31,243 nucleotides of DNA from Vulcanimicrobiaceae bacterium (GTDB lineage Bacteria > Vulcanimicrobiota > Vulcanimicrobiia > Vulcanimicrobiales > Vulcanimicrobiaceae). The translations under genes were made by a program, and so were the position numbers. Of the stretch, positions 9,045-18,184 are shown piece by piece. The stretch's first letter is position 1. Every line of letters starts with the position of its first letter. The notes below the pieces were generated by a model. That model did not search any database. It was given only the letters and a program-made list of their open reading frames with translations, and was not told where the DNA came from. The stretch lies in the NCBI GenBank assembly GCA_046262595.1, contig JBHEMM010000017.1, positions 16,438 to 47,680 of the forward strand, read 5' to 3'.

Positions 9045-10239
9045 CGCACGCGTCCGCCGCGCCTTGCAGTGCCGAGATGCGCGGGCCGGGCGCCGGGTGC
9101 GGCGTGAGATACCACTTGGCGATCGTGCCGGGACAGGCGCTCAGCAGCGCCTGATCGGCGCGGCGCACCTGCATTCGAATCGCACTGGCCGGATCGTGCG
9201 TGATCGCCAGCGCCTGCTGGTCCACGGCGACGTCGAGGTTGCGTGAATACGCGTTGTAAAACGGCATCACGAGCAGGTACGTCAATCCGATGACCGCGCC
9301 GAGCACCGCGAGACGCGAAACCGGATCGTCGTCGCGCCGGAAGCCGATGCGGTCAGAAACCGCGACGGCAAACGCGGCGCTCACAACGATGAAGGCCGCT
9401 TGAACCAGCGCTAAATGCAGCGCATCGTTCGCCGCGATCCACGCCATCGCGCGCGCGATGACGAAACGCATCTCCGGTTCGCTCTGCCCGGCGAGCATCG
9501 TATCCGAAACCACGATCCGCTGCGAGGCTCCCAACCCGGCAACGTACGCGGTTGCCAGCCGCGTGCGCGAAGCGATGCGCTGCTCGAGCACCGGTGTCCG
9601 TATTCCGGTGCGCATACGCAACGCGGCGACGTCGCCCGAAAGCGTGCGCGTGAGGGCCGCTTCCTGCAGCGGCGGCAGCGCGAACAGCGGCGCCGCGTAC
9701 GCAGCCACCAGGGTAAGCGCCATAATCGCGGCTAGCGTATACAGGTACCACTGATGCGTGCGGTCGGCAAGCCACAAAACGGCGGCCGCCATCAACCCGG
9801 CAGCCAAAATAGCAACGATGGTTCCCAGAACCCATTGCGCAAGCCACGCGCGAAAAAGTTGTTCCGTTAAGCCCATGATCCGCAGAAAGCGGTACTGCAT
9901 CGCCAGTGGGGCCAATGCGACGATCTTGTCGAGAAGCGCGACGCAGGCGCCGAAGTAAAACCGCACCCGAAACTCCGAGCGCATGCGCAGCCGCAACGCG
10001 TCGCGCAGTGCCGCCGAGCCGCCGGAACTCCAGAACCACGCTAGCACGCCGATTTGCAGTGCCGTGACGGCGATCCAAAGCAGCACTTGCGTCTGCTCCA
10101 AATGCGCTGCAGCAGCAGCGCGCGAGGGATCGATCAGATCGAAAGACGGACGGCTCAGCAGCGCGTGTGCGGAAAACGCGCCCACTTCCCGGTCGAGCGC
10201 ATTCGGGCGCGCGAGAACCAATGCCGTCAGTGCCGTCAT
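9028..10239 (-). CDS. M48 (Ste24/HtpX)-like multi-pass membrane protein lacking HExxH
   Basis: Ste24-like TM N-terminus, 'AYVAGLGASQRIVVSDTML', 'EMRFVIARAMAW' at the AHELGH position, C-terminal 'HPAPGPRISAL'. Start ATG 10239. Confidence 0.75.
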   Translation of the reverse strand: MTALTALVLARPNALDREVGAFSAHALLSRPSFDLIDPSRAAAAAHLEQTQVLLWIAVTALQIGVLAWFWSSGGSAALRDALRLRMRSEFRVRFYFGACVALLDKIVALAPLAMQYRFLRIMGLTEQLFRAWLAQWVLGTIVAILAAGLMAAAVLWLADRTHQWYLYTLAAIMALTLVAAYAAPLFALPPLQEAALTRTLSGDVAALRMRTGIRTPVLEQRIASRTRLATAYVAGLGASQRIVVSDTMLAGQSEPEMRFVIARAMAWIAANDALHLALVQAAFIVVSAAFAVAVSDRIGFRRDDDPVSRLAVLGAVIGLTYLLVMPFYNAYSRNLDVAVDQQALAITHDPASAIRMQVRRADQALLSACPGTIAKWYLTPHPAPGPRISALQGAADACAMRRR

Positions 10240-10253
10240 CGCGGCCTTGTTCG

Positions 10254-11345
10254 CTATCGGTAAACGGCAAAGCCTTCGCCTGGGGCGGCAAACGAAACGC
10301 AGCCGCGGCCCGAACGCTTGCTGTTGTACATCGCCGCGTCTGCAATTTCGAGTAAGTCGGCGGCGCGCTCCGCATCGCCCGGAAACGCCGCGATACCAAT
10401 GCTTGCCGTAAGACGGAGATCGATTCCGAAATCGTGTTGCGCGACGGCACGGCAAAGGCGCGCCGCGCGCTCGATTGCCGCGATTTTTTGCGCGCCCCGC
10501 AAAATCGCGCAGAACTCGTCGCCGCCGTTTCTCGCCGCCGTATCCACACCGTCGATCGTATGGATCTTTAGGAGTGCAGCCATTGCCTGCAGCACGCGGT
10601 CTCCGGCGGCGTGACCCAGCGAGTCGTTTACGGTTTTGAAGCGATCGGTGTCCACGAACCAGAGCGCGAGCGCCGCGCCGCGCTGTGCGGCGTACTGCAC
10701 GTCTTCCTGCAAGAGGTCGCGAAACGCGCGCGGTGCGTAGAGTCCCGTCAGGGCATCGTAGGTTGCGCGCGCGCGATCCTTCTCGCGCTCCGCCGCCAGC
10801 GCATACGGCGCCGCCGCCTGTTCCGCGGCGCGAACGACGGCCGGCGCGGCGCACAGCGTCTGCTGCATGCTCGAGGCATAAACGACGGCGCAGCAGTTGC
10901 CCGAATCGATCAGCGGTACGGCGAGCGCGCCGCGATCGGAGGGAATCACCGCACCGCCGCCTTCGCCGCGCAGTTCGATGCGGTGCAGAACGCGCGCCGC
11001 GCGTGCGGGCAACGCGAGCGGATCGTCACGCCGCAGGCGGGCGCCGGCGTAATGCTGCGCGCGTGAACCGGCGGCATAAACGCAGTGCAACTCTTCGCCG
11101 CAGGTTGTAAACACGAGCAGCGCGTCCACCGCAGGCTCCAACGTTTTCAAAGAGCACTCGAGCGCGCAGAGCACCGCGCCGCTCGACTCGCGCGACGCCG
11201 CCGTGAACGCGCGAGCGGCTTCGACCAGCGTGCGTTCGCCGCTGCGCACTGTTTCCAATTCCGCTTTCCCGGCGCGCACGCAGGCGCGCAGCCGCGCGAT
11301 GTAGGCGCCGGCGCACAAACAGAGAAGCGCAACCGTCGGCAGCAT
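10254..11345 (-). CDS. Diguanylate cyclase (N-terminal TM, GAF-like domain, GGDEF)
   Basis: 'ATYDALTGL', 'DTDRFKTVNDSLGHAAGD', 'ARNGGDEF', 'TASIGIA', 'ADAAMYNSK'. Start uncertain (ATG 11345, 11372 or 11381). Confidence 0.92.
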   Translation of the reverse strand: MLPTVALLCLCAGAYIARLRACVRAGKAELETVRSGERTLVEAARAFTAASRESSGAVLCALECSLKTLEPAVDALLVFTTCGEELHCVYAAGSRAQHYAGARLRRDDPLALPARAARVLHRIELRGEGGGAVIPSDRGALAVPLIDSGNCCAVVYASSMQQTLCAAPAVVRAAEQAAAPYALAAEREKDRARATYDALTGLYAPRAFRDLLQEDVQYAAQRGAALALWFVDTDRFKTVNDSLGHAAGDRVLQAMAALLKIHTIDGVDTAARNGGDEFCAILRGAQKIAAIERAARLCRAVAQHDFGIDLRLTASIGIAAFPGDAERAADLLEIADAAMYNSKRSGRGCVSFAAPGEGFAVYR

Positions 11346-11427
11346 CCACAACACCGGAGGAGCAGTACCCATCGGCGGCATCCAGCGGCCAACGCAGCTT
11401 TCGCAAGCGGCTATCGAAGCGAACCGC

Positions 11428-12654
11428 TTGGGCGTCGCTTTGCGCGCTCAAGGCCGTCTGGACGAAGCCGCGCAGGCGTTTACCTTGGGCTTGGAAGCGC
11501 AAGATGACGTTGCGGAGCTGCGTTTGAACTTGGCGGCGACGCTCACCCAGCTGGAGCAATACGACCAGGCACGGACGGAATATGCCAAGGTGCTGGCGAT
11601 GCGCCCTAGCGATGCTTGCGCGCACTGGGCTCTTTACGAGCTCGAGCAAGTCGCCGGCAACCGCAAGAGCGCGCTGGCGCATCAAAGCGCCGTCCTCGAT
11701 CAGCAGACGATCTTCACCGTTCAAGCGCCGCGCGAGCGGCGGCGTTTAATCGCGCTCATGGCGCCGGGTGATTGGCAGGCGAACGTTCCGGTGGATTATC
11801 TGGTCGACGCGCAGACGACCACGCTGCATAAAGTGTACCTCACCGCGGGCGAGCGGGCCTCGCCGGCGCTGCCGCCGGCCGACGCGATCTTCACCGCAAT
11901 AGCATACTCGCCGCAAAACGCCGGCGCCCTTGCGCGCGCGCGCGATATCGTCCAGCGCTCGCAACTTCCGGTCATCAACGATCCCTCAAGTGTCGCGCGT
12001 ACCGAACGCGCCGCGGTTTATGCGGCGCTCGACGGCATGCGCTTCGTACGCGTCCCGCAGACGCGCAAATACGCCCGCGCCGCGCTGGAATCGGCGGGCA
12101 CCTTTGCGTTTCCGCTTGTCATCCGTCCGATAGGTTCGCAAGCCGGACGCGATTTCGAGCGGATCACCGGCGCAGCAGGCTTGCACGCGTATCTTTCCCG
12201 CGTGAGCGCCGCGGCGTTTTACGTCATGCCTTTTATCGACTATGCGAGCTCCGACGGCTATTACCGCAAGTACCGCATCTTCGTCGTCGCAGGAACGCCG
12301 TATCCGTGCCACCTTGGCATTTCGGAACATTGGATGGTGCATTATTACAATGCCCCGATGCGCGAACATGCGTGGATGCGCGAGGAGGAACGCCGCTTTC
12401 TGGAGCAGTTTGAAACGGTTTTCGACGAACGCTTGCGCGAGGGAATGAGCCGGATCGCCGGCGCCCTCGGGCTGGATTACACGGGTCTGGACTGCACCAT
12501 CGATCGCGACGGCGCGCTGCTCGTCTTTGAGGCCGATCCTGCAATGATCGTGCATGCGGCCGATGAACTCGAGCTCTTCGCCCACAAACATGCTGCGGCC
12601 CGGGCTATTTTCGCCGCGTTCAGCCGGCTCGTTGACGATGCTCGATCCCGCTGA
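11428..12654 (+). CDS. TPR-repeat plus ATP-grasp (RimK/GshB-like) protein
   Basis: N-terminal TPRs ('LGVALRAQGRLDEA', 'LNLAATLTQLEQYDQA'). C-terminal ATP-grasp-like motifs 'VINDP', 'FPLVIRPIGSQAG', 'YRKYRIF', 'LDYTGLD...LLVFEADP'. The true start may lie slightly upstream. Confidence 0.8.
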   Translation: MGVALRAQGRLDEAAQAFTLGLEAQDDVAELRLNLAATLTQLEQYDQARTEYAKVLAMRPSDACAHWALYELEQVAGNRKSALAHQSAVLDQQTIFTVQAPRERRRLIALMAPGDWQANVPVDYLVDAQTTTLHKVYLTAGERASPALPPADAIFTAIAYSPQNAGALARARDIVQRSQLPVINDPSSVARTERAAVYAALDGMRFVRVPQTRKYARAALESAGTFAFPLVIRPIGSQAGRDFERITGAAGLHAYLSRVSAAAFYVMPFIDYASSDGYYRKYRIFVVAGTPYPCHLGISEHWMVHYYNAPMREHAWMREEERRFLEQFETVFDERLREGMSRIAGALGLDYTGLDCTIDRDGALLVFEADPAMIVHAADELELFAHKHAAARAIFAAFSRLVDDARSR

Positions 12655-14080
12655 CTGGGAGCGTTTCCGCCGCACGGCGCACGAAGCGCTCGACGACGCG
12701 ATCGATTCAATGCGCGACGTTCGCGACGGCCCGGTTTGGCAGGCGGTTCCCGCACCGGTCAAGGAAGCGCTTCGAGCGCCGATGCCGCAAGCGCCCTCGG
12801 CTTTCGAAGACGTGTACGCCGAGTATAAAACGGCGATTGCGCCGTACGCAGGCGGAAACGTGCATCCGAGGTTTTGGGGCTGGGTGCATGGTTCGGGCAC
12901 GGCGGGCGGCGCAATTGCCGAACTGCTCGCCGCGGCGCTGAACGCGAACACCGGCGGGCGCGATCACGGCGCCATCTACGTCGAACGTCAAGTGATCCGC
13001 TGGTTCTGCGATCTCTTCGGCTGGCCGCAAACCGCGAGCGGCGTGCTGCTTACGGGAACGTCGGCGGCCAACGCTGCGGCGGTTCTGGTCGCACGCACCA
13101 AAGCGCGCGCGCAGGTGCGCGAACGCGGACTCGATCAATCTGCGGAAAAACTTACCGGCTACGCTTCGTCGGCAACCCATGCGTGCGTGCGCAAAGCATT
13201 CGAAAACGCCGGCCTGGGATCGCAAGCGCTGCGCGTGCTGCCGGTGGACGGCGCGCTGCGGCTCGATACCGCTGCCTTACGCGAGGCGATCGCAGCCGAC
13301 CGGCGCGAGGGCTGCGTGCCGTTTTTCGTGGTAGCGAATGCCGGTACGGTGGATACGGCCGCCATCGACCCGCTCGAGCAGATCGCCGGCATTTGCGCGC
13401 AGGAGGGCCTTTGGTTTCACGTCGACGGAGCGTTCGGAGCGACGGCGTATCTTTCGCAGGTGCTGCGCCCGCTTCTTCGCGGCATCGAATGCGCCGATTC
13501 GATTGCGTTCGATTTCCACAAGTGGCTGCACGTGCCGTATGACGCCGGCTGCGTGCTCGTTCGCGACGGCGCGATTCATCGCGCGACCTTTGCGAGCGAA
13601 GGGCCGTACATCACGCGCACGGCGCGCGGACTTGCGGCCGGCGAGCCGTGGTTCACGGATTTCGGCCCCGATCTTTCGCGCGGCTTCCGCGCGCTCAAGG
13701 TGTGGTTCACGATCAAAGAGCACGGAACCGCCGCCCTCGCCTCTGCGATGGAACGTAACTGCGCGCAGGCGCAGCTGCTCGCGAACCTCGTCGAGCGCAG
13801 CGCCGATTTCGAACTCGCCGCGCCGCCCGTGCTGCAAATCGTCTGTTTGCGGCCCCGTCTTCCCGCTACGCCGGCAGAGCAAGCGGATCGTCTTACCGAC
13901 GAGGCAGTGATTCGCCTTCAGGAAAGCGGCATCGCCGTGCTCTCGGCCACCACGCTCGGCGGCCGCCGGGCGATGCGCGTTTGCATTACGAACCACCGCA
14001 CGCGCGATGAAGATTTGCATTTACTGATGGAAACGCTCGCGCGCATCGTGGAGGAACTGCGATCTACGCCAACCGTCTGA
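12638..14080 (+). CDS. Group II pyridoxal-phosphate-dependent amino acid decarboxylase
   Basis: 'HPRFWGWV', 'ANAGTVDTAAIDPL', 'WFHVDGAFG', PLP-lysine motif 'DFHKWLHVPYDAGC', 'LSRGFRALKVW'. ATG 12638 overlaps the upstream gene. Confidence 0.95.
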   Translation: MLDPADWERFRRTAHEALDDAIDSMRDVRDGPVWQAVPAPVKEALRAPMPQAPSAFEDVYAEYKTAIAPYAGGNVHPRFWGWVHGSGTAGGAIAELLAAALNANTGGRDHGAIYVERQVIRWFCDLFGWPQTASGVLLTGTSAANAAAVLVARTKARAQVRERGLDQSAEKLTGYASSATHACVRKAFENAGLGSQALRVLPVDGALRLDTAALREAIAADRREGCVPFFVVANAGTVDTAAIDPLEQIAGICAQEGLWFHVDGAFGATAYLSQVLRPLLRGIECADSIAFDFHKWLHVPYDAGCVLVRDGAIHRATFASEGPYITRTARGLAAGEPWFTDFGPDLSRGFRALKVWFTIKEHGTAALASAMERNCAQAQLLANLVERSADFELAAPPVLQIVCLRPRLPATPAEQADRLTDEAVIRLQESGIAVLSATTLGGRRAMRVCITNHRTRDEDLHLLMETLARIVEELRSTPTV

Positions 14081-16671
14081 TGCGTGCCCGCATCAACGAA
14101 CGCTTGGACCGCGCGACGCGCTATCCCGTCACGCTGATCGTCGCGCCGGCCGGCTTCGGAAAAAGTTCCGCGCTGCGCGACTATCTGCAGACCTCGCGCA
14201 TTGAAGCCGTGCGCTACGACGTGCGGCGTGAAGACAACACGCTGCTCGCATTCGTTCACCGCTTGAGTGAAGCGATCAAGCCGGTCGCGCCAAGCGCACT
14301 GGCGGCATTTCCATCGATTCAGGAACGCGTACTTGCAGCCGCCGAGCCCGTGCGCCAGCTCTCCGACTGGTTTGCGGAGCATCTCAAACGCACCGTCTGC
14401 ACGGTCGTCATCGACGATCTCCACTACGCAGCCGGCGATCCGGCATCCATCGCGCTGCTTGCGGACCTGGTGGAACGCTCGGCCGATCGCATCAAATGGA
14501 TCGTCGCGGCGCGCAGCGATGTGGGTCTGCCCATCGGCTCGTGGATTGCCTACGGACGCATGGATCTGCCGCTCGGCGAGGACGAACTGCGCTTTACCAC
14601 CGACGAAGCGCTTGCGGCGGCCGACGCAAATTCCGCCGATCTCGATCCGCACGAGATCGAATCGCTGCGCCAATTGACGGAAGGGTGGCCGGTCGCGCTC
14701 ACGATCGCGCTGCGTACGCGCACGCATTCGCGGGATTTGCGTACCGCCTCGCTGGGCACGCGCGAGATGGTTTACCGCTATCTTGCCGAGCAAGTTTTCG
14801 CTGGACTCTCGCTGGGGCAGCGCGCGTTTGCGCTGGCATCGTCGGTGTTCTCGTCGTTCGATATGCAGATTGCCGAATCGCTCGGCGCAAGCGCGGCGTT
14901 CGTTCAAGAACTGCGCGGGCGCGTCGCATTTCTCAACGAAGTCGCTCCCGGGCAATACCGCTATCACGACCTGTTCCGCGATTTTCTCGAAACGGAGCTG
15001 CGCCGCGAAGGCGAGCGCGAGTGGGCGCAGACGGTCTGCAAAGCTGCGCAGATTCTGGAGGCGCGCGAAGATTTCGGCGGCGCGCTCACGCTTTTTGCCA
15101 AAGCGCAATCTTCGGCCGACGTGCTGCGCCTGATCGACGCGCGCGGCTTCGCCCTCTTCGAGCGCGGCGAGAGCGAACGGCTTGCGGCCTCGCTCGAACA
15201 GGTCACCGAGGCGCAGCTTTCGGCACACGCGGCAGCGCTCGGGCTCAAAGCGGTTATCGAAGCGGGGCGCGGCCGTTTCTCGCTGGTCGAGCGCCGCTTT
15301 CTGGGCGCCATTGAAGGCGCGGCCGGCGATCCGGACTTACAGATTATGCTCGTCCAGCGTTACGCAATCGAATTGGTGCGCGATGAGCGCGACTGCGTTC
15401 CCTTACTCGAGCCGTACGCCGCGCAGAAAGGATTGAGCGACATGCAGCGCGTTCCGCTGCTCGGCACGCTGGCGACCGCGTACATCCGTGCGGGCCGCTA
15501 TCCCGACGCCGAGCGCACGATCGAACGCGGGCTCGAGCTGCTCGATTCCGCGATGGCGCCTGAGATGCAGGCGCGCCTGTACCAGCAGGCGGCATTCGTC
15601 TACCATAGCCGGCCGGATGCGGCGAAAACGCGCACGTATGCGAACGCCGCGATCGATCTCGCGCTCGCGCACAACTTGTACGACGTCGCGGCGCGCGCCT
15701 ACAGCGCACTCTTCACGATCGTTTATAATGAAGAGGACGATGCAATCGCCTCACTCTCCATTCTCGACAAGGTTGAGGAGAACGCAAAGAAAGGCGCGAG
15801 CAATCAGGCGCATCTGTTCGCGCTGATCGCCGCCTATGAGATCGAAGCGGATCGGGGCGACGAAACGGCGCTTGACCGGCTCGACAACGCGCTGCGCGAA
15901 AACGAAGCGGAACTTCCGCACGCGCGCGCCGAAGCGCTGCTCCCGGCCCATGCGCTGCGCGCCGCTTGGAGCGTGGAGTTCGACCGCGCCAGCGCGCTGC
16001 TGCAGCCGACGCTTGCGGCGCTCACGCAACCCGACCGCCACGCGTTGCGCGCCGCCGAGATCGCGCTCTATGCGTTTGCAGCGGGTGCCGCGCCGCTCGC
16101 CGAAGAGACACTTGCTGCGGCGGCACACGATCTGGAAAGCATCCGTACGCCAAACCGCCGCACGATTCGCGCGCGCTGCTTCTTGGCGCTCGCCGAACTG
16201 ACGCGCGGTCACACGCCGGGAGCGCACCGTCATTTGAATGAAGCGGAAGGGGCGCTCTCGCCCGGCATGAAACGCTTGCGAACGCTCGTGCATACCGTCC
16301 GGACGGCGTATCGCGTTCGCCTGGAGCAGGCCGCGCCCGCGGCGCTGCTTTCCGCGCTCGAACGTTTGCGCGCCGAACACTTCGGGGGCATTGCGCGGCT
16401 GCTCGAGGCCCTGCCGCTGCAGAGCGAGCAGGGCAGCGCGTACGGCGGCCTCACGGCCACCGAACGCGAAATACTGCAGCTGCTTGCGAGGGGCGCGAGC
16501 ACGAAGGACGTCGCGAGCCGCACGGGTCGAAGTCCGCACACCGTCGATACGCACATCCGCTCGATTTGCCGAAAATTACATTGCAGCGGCCGCCGCGAAG
16601 CCGTCGCGTTAGCAACCAGCCAAGGCTGGGTACAGAACCAGCAGCTCGGCGGCACCTCCGGGAGTTCTTGA
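14080..16671 (+). CDS. MalT-like STAND ATPase / LuxR-HTH transcriptional regulator
   Basis: Walker A 'APAGFGKS', Walker B 'VVIDDLH', 'TEGWPVAL', 'YRYHDLFRDFL', helical sensor region, C-terminal LuxR HTH 'LTATEREILQLLARG..TKDVA...SPHTVDTHIRSICRKL'. TGATG overlap with the decarboxylase. Confidence 0.93.
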   Translation: MRARINERLDRATRYPVTLIVAPAGFGKSSALRDYLQTSRIEAVRYDVRREDNTLLAFVHRLSEAIKPVAPSALAAFPSIQERVLAAAEPVRQLSDWFAEHLKRTVCTVVIDDLHYAAGDPASIALLADLVERSADRIKWIVAARSDVGLPIGSWIAYGRMDLPLGEDELRFTTDEALAAADANSADLDPHEIESLRQLTEGWPVALTIALRTRTHSRDLRTASLGTREMVYRYLAEQVFAGLSLGQRAFALASSVFSSFDMQIAESLGASAAFVQELRGRVAFLNEVAPGQYRYHDLFRDFLETELRREGEREWAQTVCKAAQILEAREDFGGALTLFAKAQSSADVLRLIDARGFALFERGESERLAASLEQVTEAQLSAHAAALGLKAVIEAGRGRFSLVERRFLGAIEGAAGDPDLQIMLVQRYAIELVRDERDCVPLLEPYAAQKGLSDMQRVPLLGTLATAYIRAGRYPDAERTIERGLELLDSAMAPEMQARLYQQAAFVYHSRPDAAKTRTYANAAIDLALAHNLYDVAARAYSALFTIVYNEEDDAIASLSILDKVEENAKKGASNQAHLFALIAAYEIEADRGDETALDRLDNALRENEAELPHARAEALLPAHALRAAWSVEFDRASALLQPTLAALTQPDRHALRAAEIALYAFAAGAAPLAEETLAAAAHDLESIRTPNRRTIRARCFLALAELTRGHTPGAHRHLNEAEGALSPGMKRLRTLVHTVRTAYRVRLEQAAPAALLSALERLRAEHFGGIARLLEALPLQSEQGSAYGGLTATEREILQLLARGASTKDVASRTGRSPHTVDTHIRSICRKLHCSGRREAVALATSQGWVQNQQLGGTSGSS

Positions 16672-16672
16672 T

Positions 16673-17902
16673 TTGAACGCTTTTCGACGTTTCCTCACCC
16701 TTGCGCTCGTGGGCAGCCTTGCAGCATGCGGCGGTTCCCATTCGGCGTTGCCTTCCGCCTCCATGGCCGCGGCCGGCAGGCCCGGGATCGTGACGATGGA
16801 CAACCCCTCGGCGCTGCCCGGCGACAACCCCAGCGCGCTCCCGGGTGATAATCCGAGCGCGCTCCCGGGTGATAATCCGAGCGCGCTCCCGGGCGCTCAA
16901 CTCGGCTGCGACCTCACCTTCGCGGCCGATCGTGCGAACTGTACAATTGCCATCAACCTCAACGTTCCGGCGCTTGCCGACGCCACGGCGCCCGCGAGCT
17001 TCATCGCAGGCCTTCATCCGGCCGATATCCTCAGCGCGTACCGGCTCTCCGGTGCAAGCGGCACGGGCACCGTCGCCATCGTCGATGCGTACGACGATCC
17101 CGCAGCCGAGGCCGATCTCGCGGTTTACCGCACGGCCTTCGGCTTGACGCAGTGCACGAGCACCACGGGCTGCTTCACCAAGATCGGTCAGCGCGGTTCG
17201 TCGTCGCCGGTACCGGCACCGAACGCCGGCTGGTCCGAAGAGATCTCGCTCGATCTGGACATGGTTTCCGCCGTTTGCCCGAACTGCCGCATCCTGCTCG
17301 TAGAAACCGATTCACCCAGTTTCGACGACTTGGGCGCGGGCGTGGATACCGCAGTAGCGCATGGAGCACGCTTCGTGAGCAACAGCTACTACGGTCCGGA
17401 ATGGTCCGGCGAAACCGCGTACGACGCGCATTACCACCATGCGGGCGTGGCAATCACCGTCAGTTCCGGCGATCAGCGTTCGCCGTTCTATCCCGCCGCA
17501 TCTCCGTACGTCACGGCCGTTGGCGGAACGTCGCTCAGCCGCAGCGCGGGAGCGTGGACGGAATCCGCTTGGGCCTACGACGGCGCGGGCTGCAGCAAGT
17601 ACGAGAGCAAGCCCAGCTGGCAGAACGCGACGGGCTGCAAAACGCGCGCGGCCGTGGACGTTGCGGCGGTGGCCGACCCGCAAACGGGGGTTTCGATGTA
17701 CGATTCGGCGGCCGGCGGCTGGTACGTCGTCGGCGGCACCAGCGTCGGCGCGCCGGTCCTCGCCGCGGCATATGCGCTCTCCGGTACGCCGCAAGGGCCG
17801 GCGTATTCTTACGCGCACCGCAGCCCATTCAACGATATCGCCCCTGCGGGCTACGATTTGCCAACGGGCCTGGGCTCACCCGACGGTGTTGCCGGCCTCT
17901 AG
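16673..17902 (+). CDS. S53/S8-type serine peptidase lipoprotein with N-terminal octapeptide repeats
   Basis: Lipobox 'LAAC', 'EISLD' (E-x3-D), 'SSGD', 'GGTSVGAP' (catalytic Ser), Ca-site-like 'GYDLPTGLGSP'. TTG start with GGAG SD. Confidence 0.9.
   Translation: MNAFRRFLTLALVGSLAACGGSHSALPSASMAAAGRPGIVTMDNPSALPGDNPSALPGDNPSALPGDNPSALPGAQLGCDLTFAADRANCTIAINLNVPALADATAPASFIAGLHPADILSAYRLSGASGTGTVAIVDAYDDPAAEADLAVYRTAFGLTQCTSTTGCFTKIGQRGSSSPVPAPNAGWSEEISLDLDMVSAVCPNCRILLVETDSPSFDDLGAGVDTAVAHGARFVSNSYYGPEWSGETAYDAHYHHAGVAITVSSGDQRSPFYPAASPYVTAVGGTSLSRSAGAWTESAWAYDGAGCSKYESKPSWQNATGCKTRAAVDVAAVADPQTGVSMYDSAAGGWYVVGGTSVGAPVLAAAYALSGTPQGPAYSYAHRSPFNDIAPAGYDLPTGLGSPDGVAGL
16799..16894 (+). repeat. 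4 x 24-bp in-frame tandem repeat encoding DNPSALPG
   Basis: GACAACCCCTCGGCGCTGCCCGGC / GACAACCCCAGCGCGCTCCCGGGT / GATAATCCGAGCGCGCTCCCGGGT / GATAATCCGAGCGCGCTCCCGGGC. Confidence 0.97.
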
Positions 17903-18184
17903 CGCTTCTTCGACGTCGTCGTAAATCGGAAAGAGTTCGTCCAGGCCGGTTAGCGTCAGCAGACGGCGGACGAACGCGGAGCGCACAGCCAGAGACGCGG
18001 GCACCATTCCACTCGCCACGCGATGCTTGTGCGCCAAAACGAGCGCAGTAATGAGCGAGCTCGTCACGTATTTTGCACTCGTCAGGTCGAGGACTACTTC
18101 CGCTTGCGCGTACGCCGGCTGCAGCCGTTCGCGCAATTGCGGCGCTTGATAAATATCCCATTCCCCGGCCAGCGAAATCACCAT
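17876..18184 (-). CDS. STAS-domain protein (anti-sigma-factor-antagonist-like)
   Basis: 'ISLAGEWDIYQAPQLRERL', 'VVLDLTSAKYVTSS', 'VRRLLTLTGLDELFPIYDDVEEAL', SpoIIAA/RsbV-like. Confidence 0.9.
   Translation of the reverse strand: MVISLAGEWDIYQAPQLRERLQPAYAQAEVVLDLTSAKYVTSSLITALVLAHKHRVASGMVPASLAVRSAFVRRLLTLTGLDELFPIYDDVEEALEAGNTVG

Noticed and set aside
10240..10854. N-terminal extension of the M48-like ORF over the GGDEF gene (and of GH38 over doxX)
   Set aside because: Artefact of longest-ORF calling; the extensions are not protein-like and overlap real genes.
16799..16894. 24-bp repeats as a CRISPR array
   Set aside because: No spacers, in-frame coding, and no cas genes.
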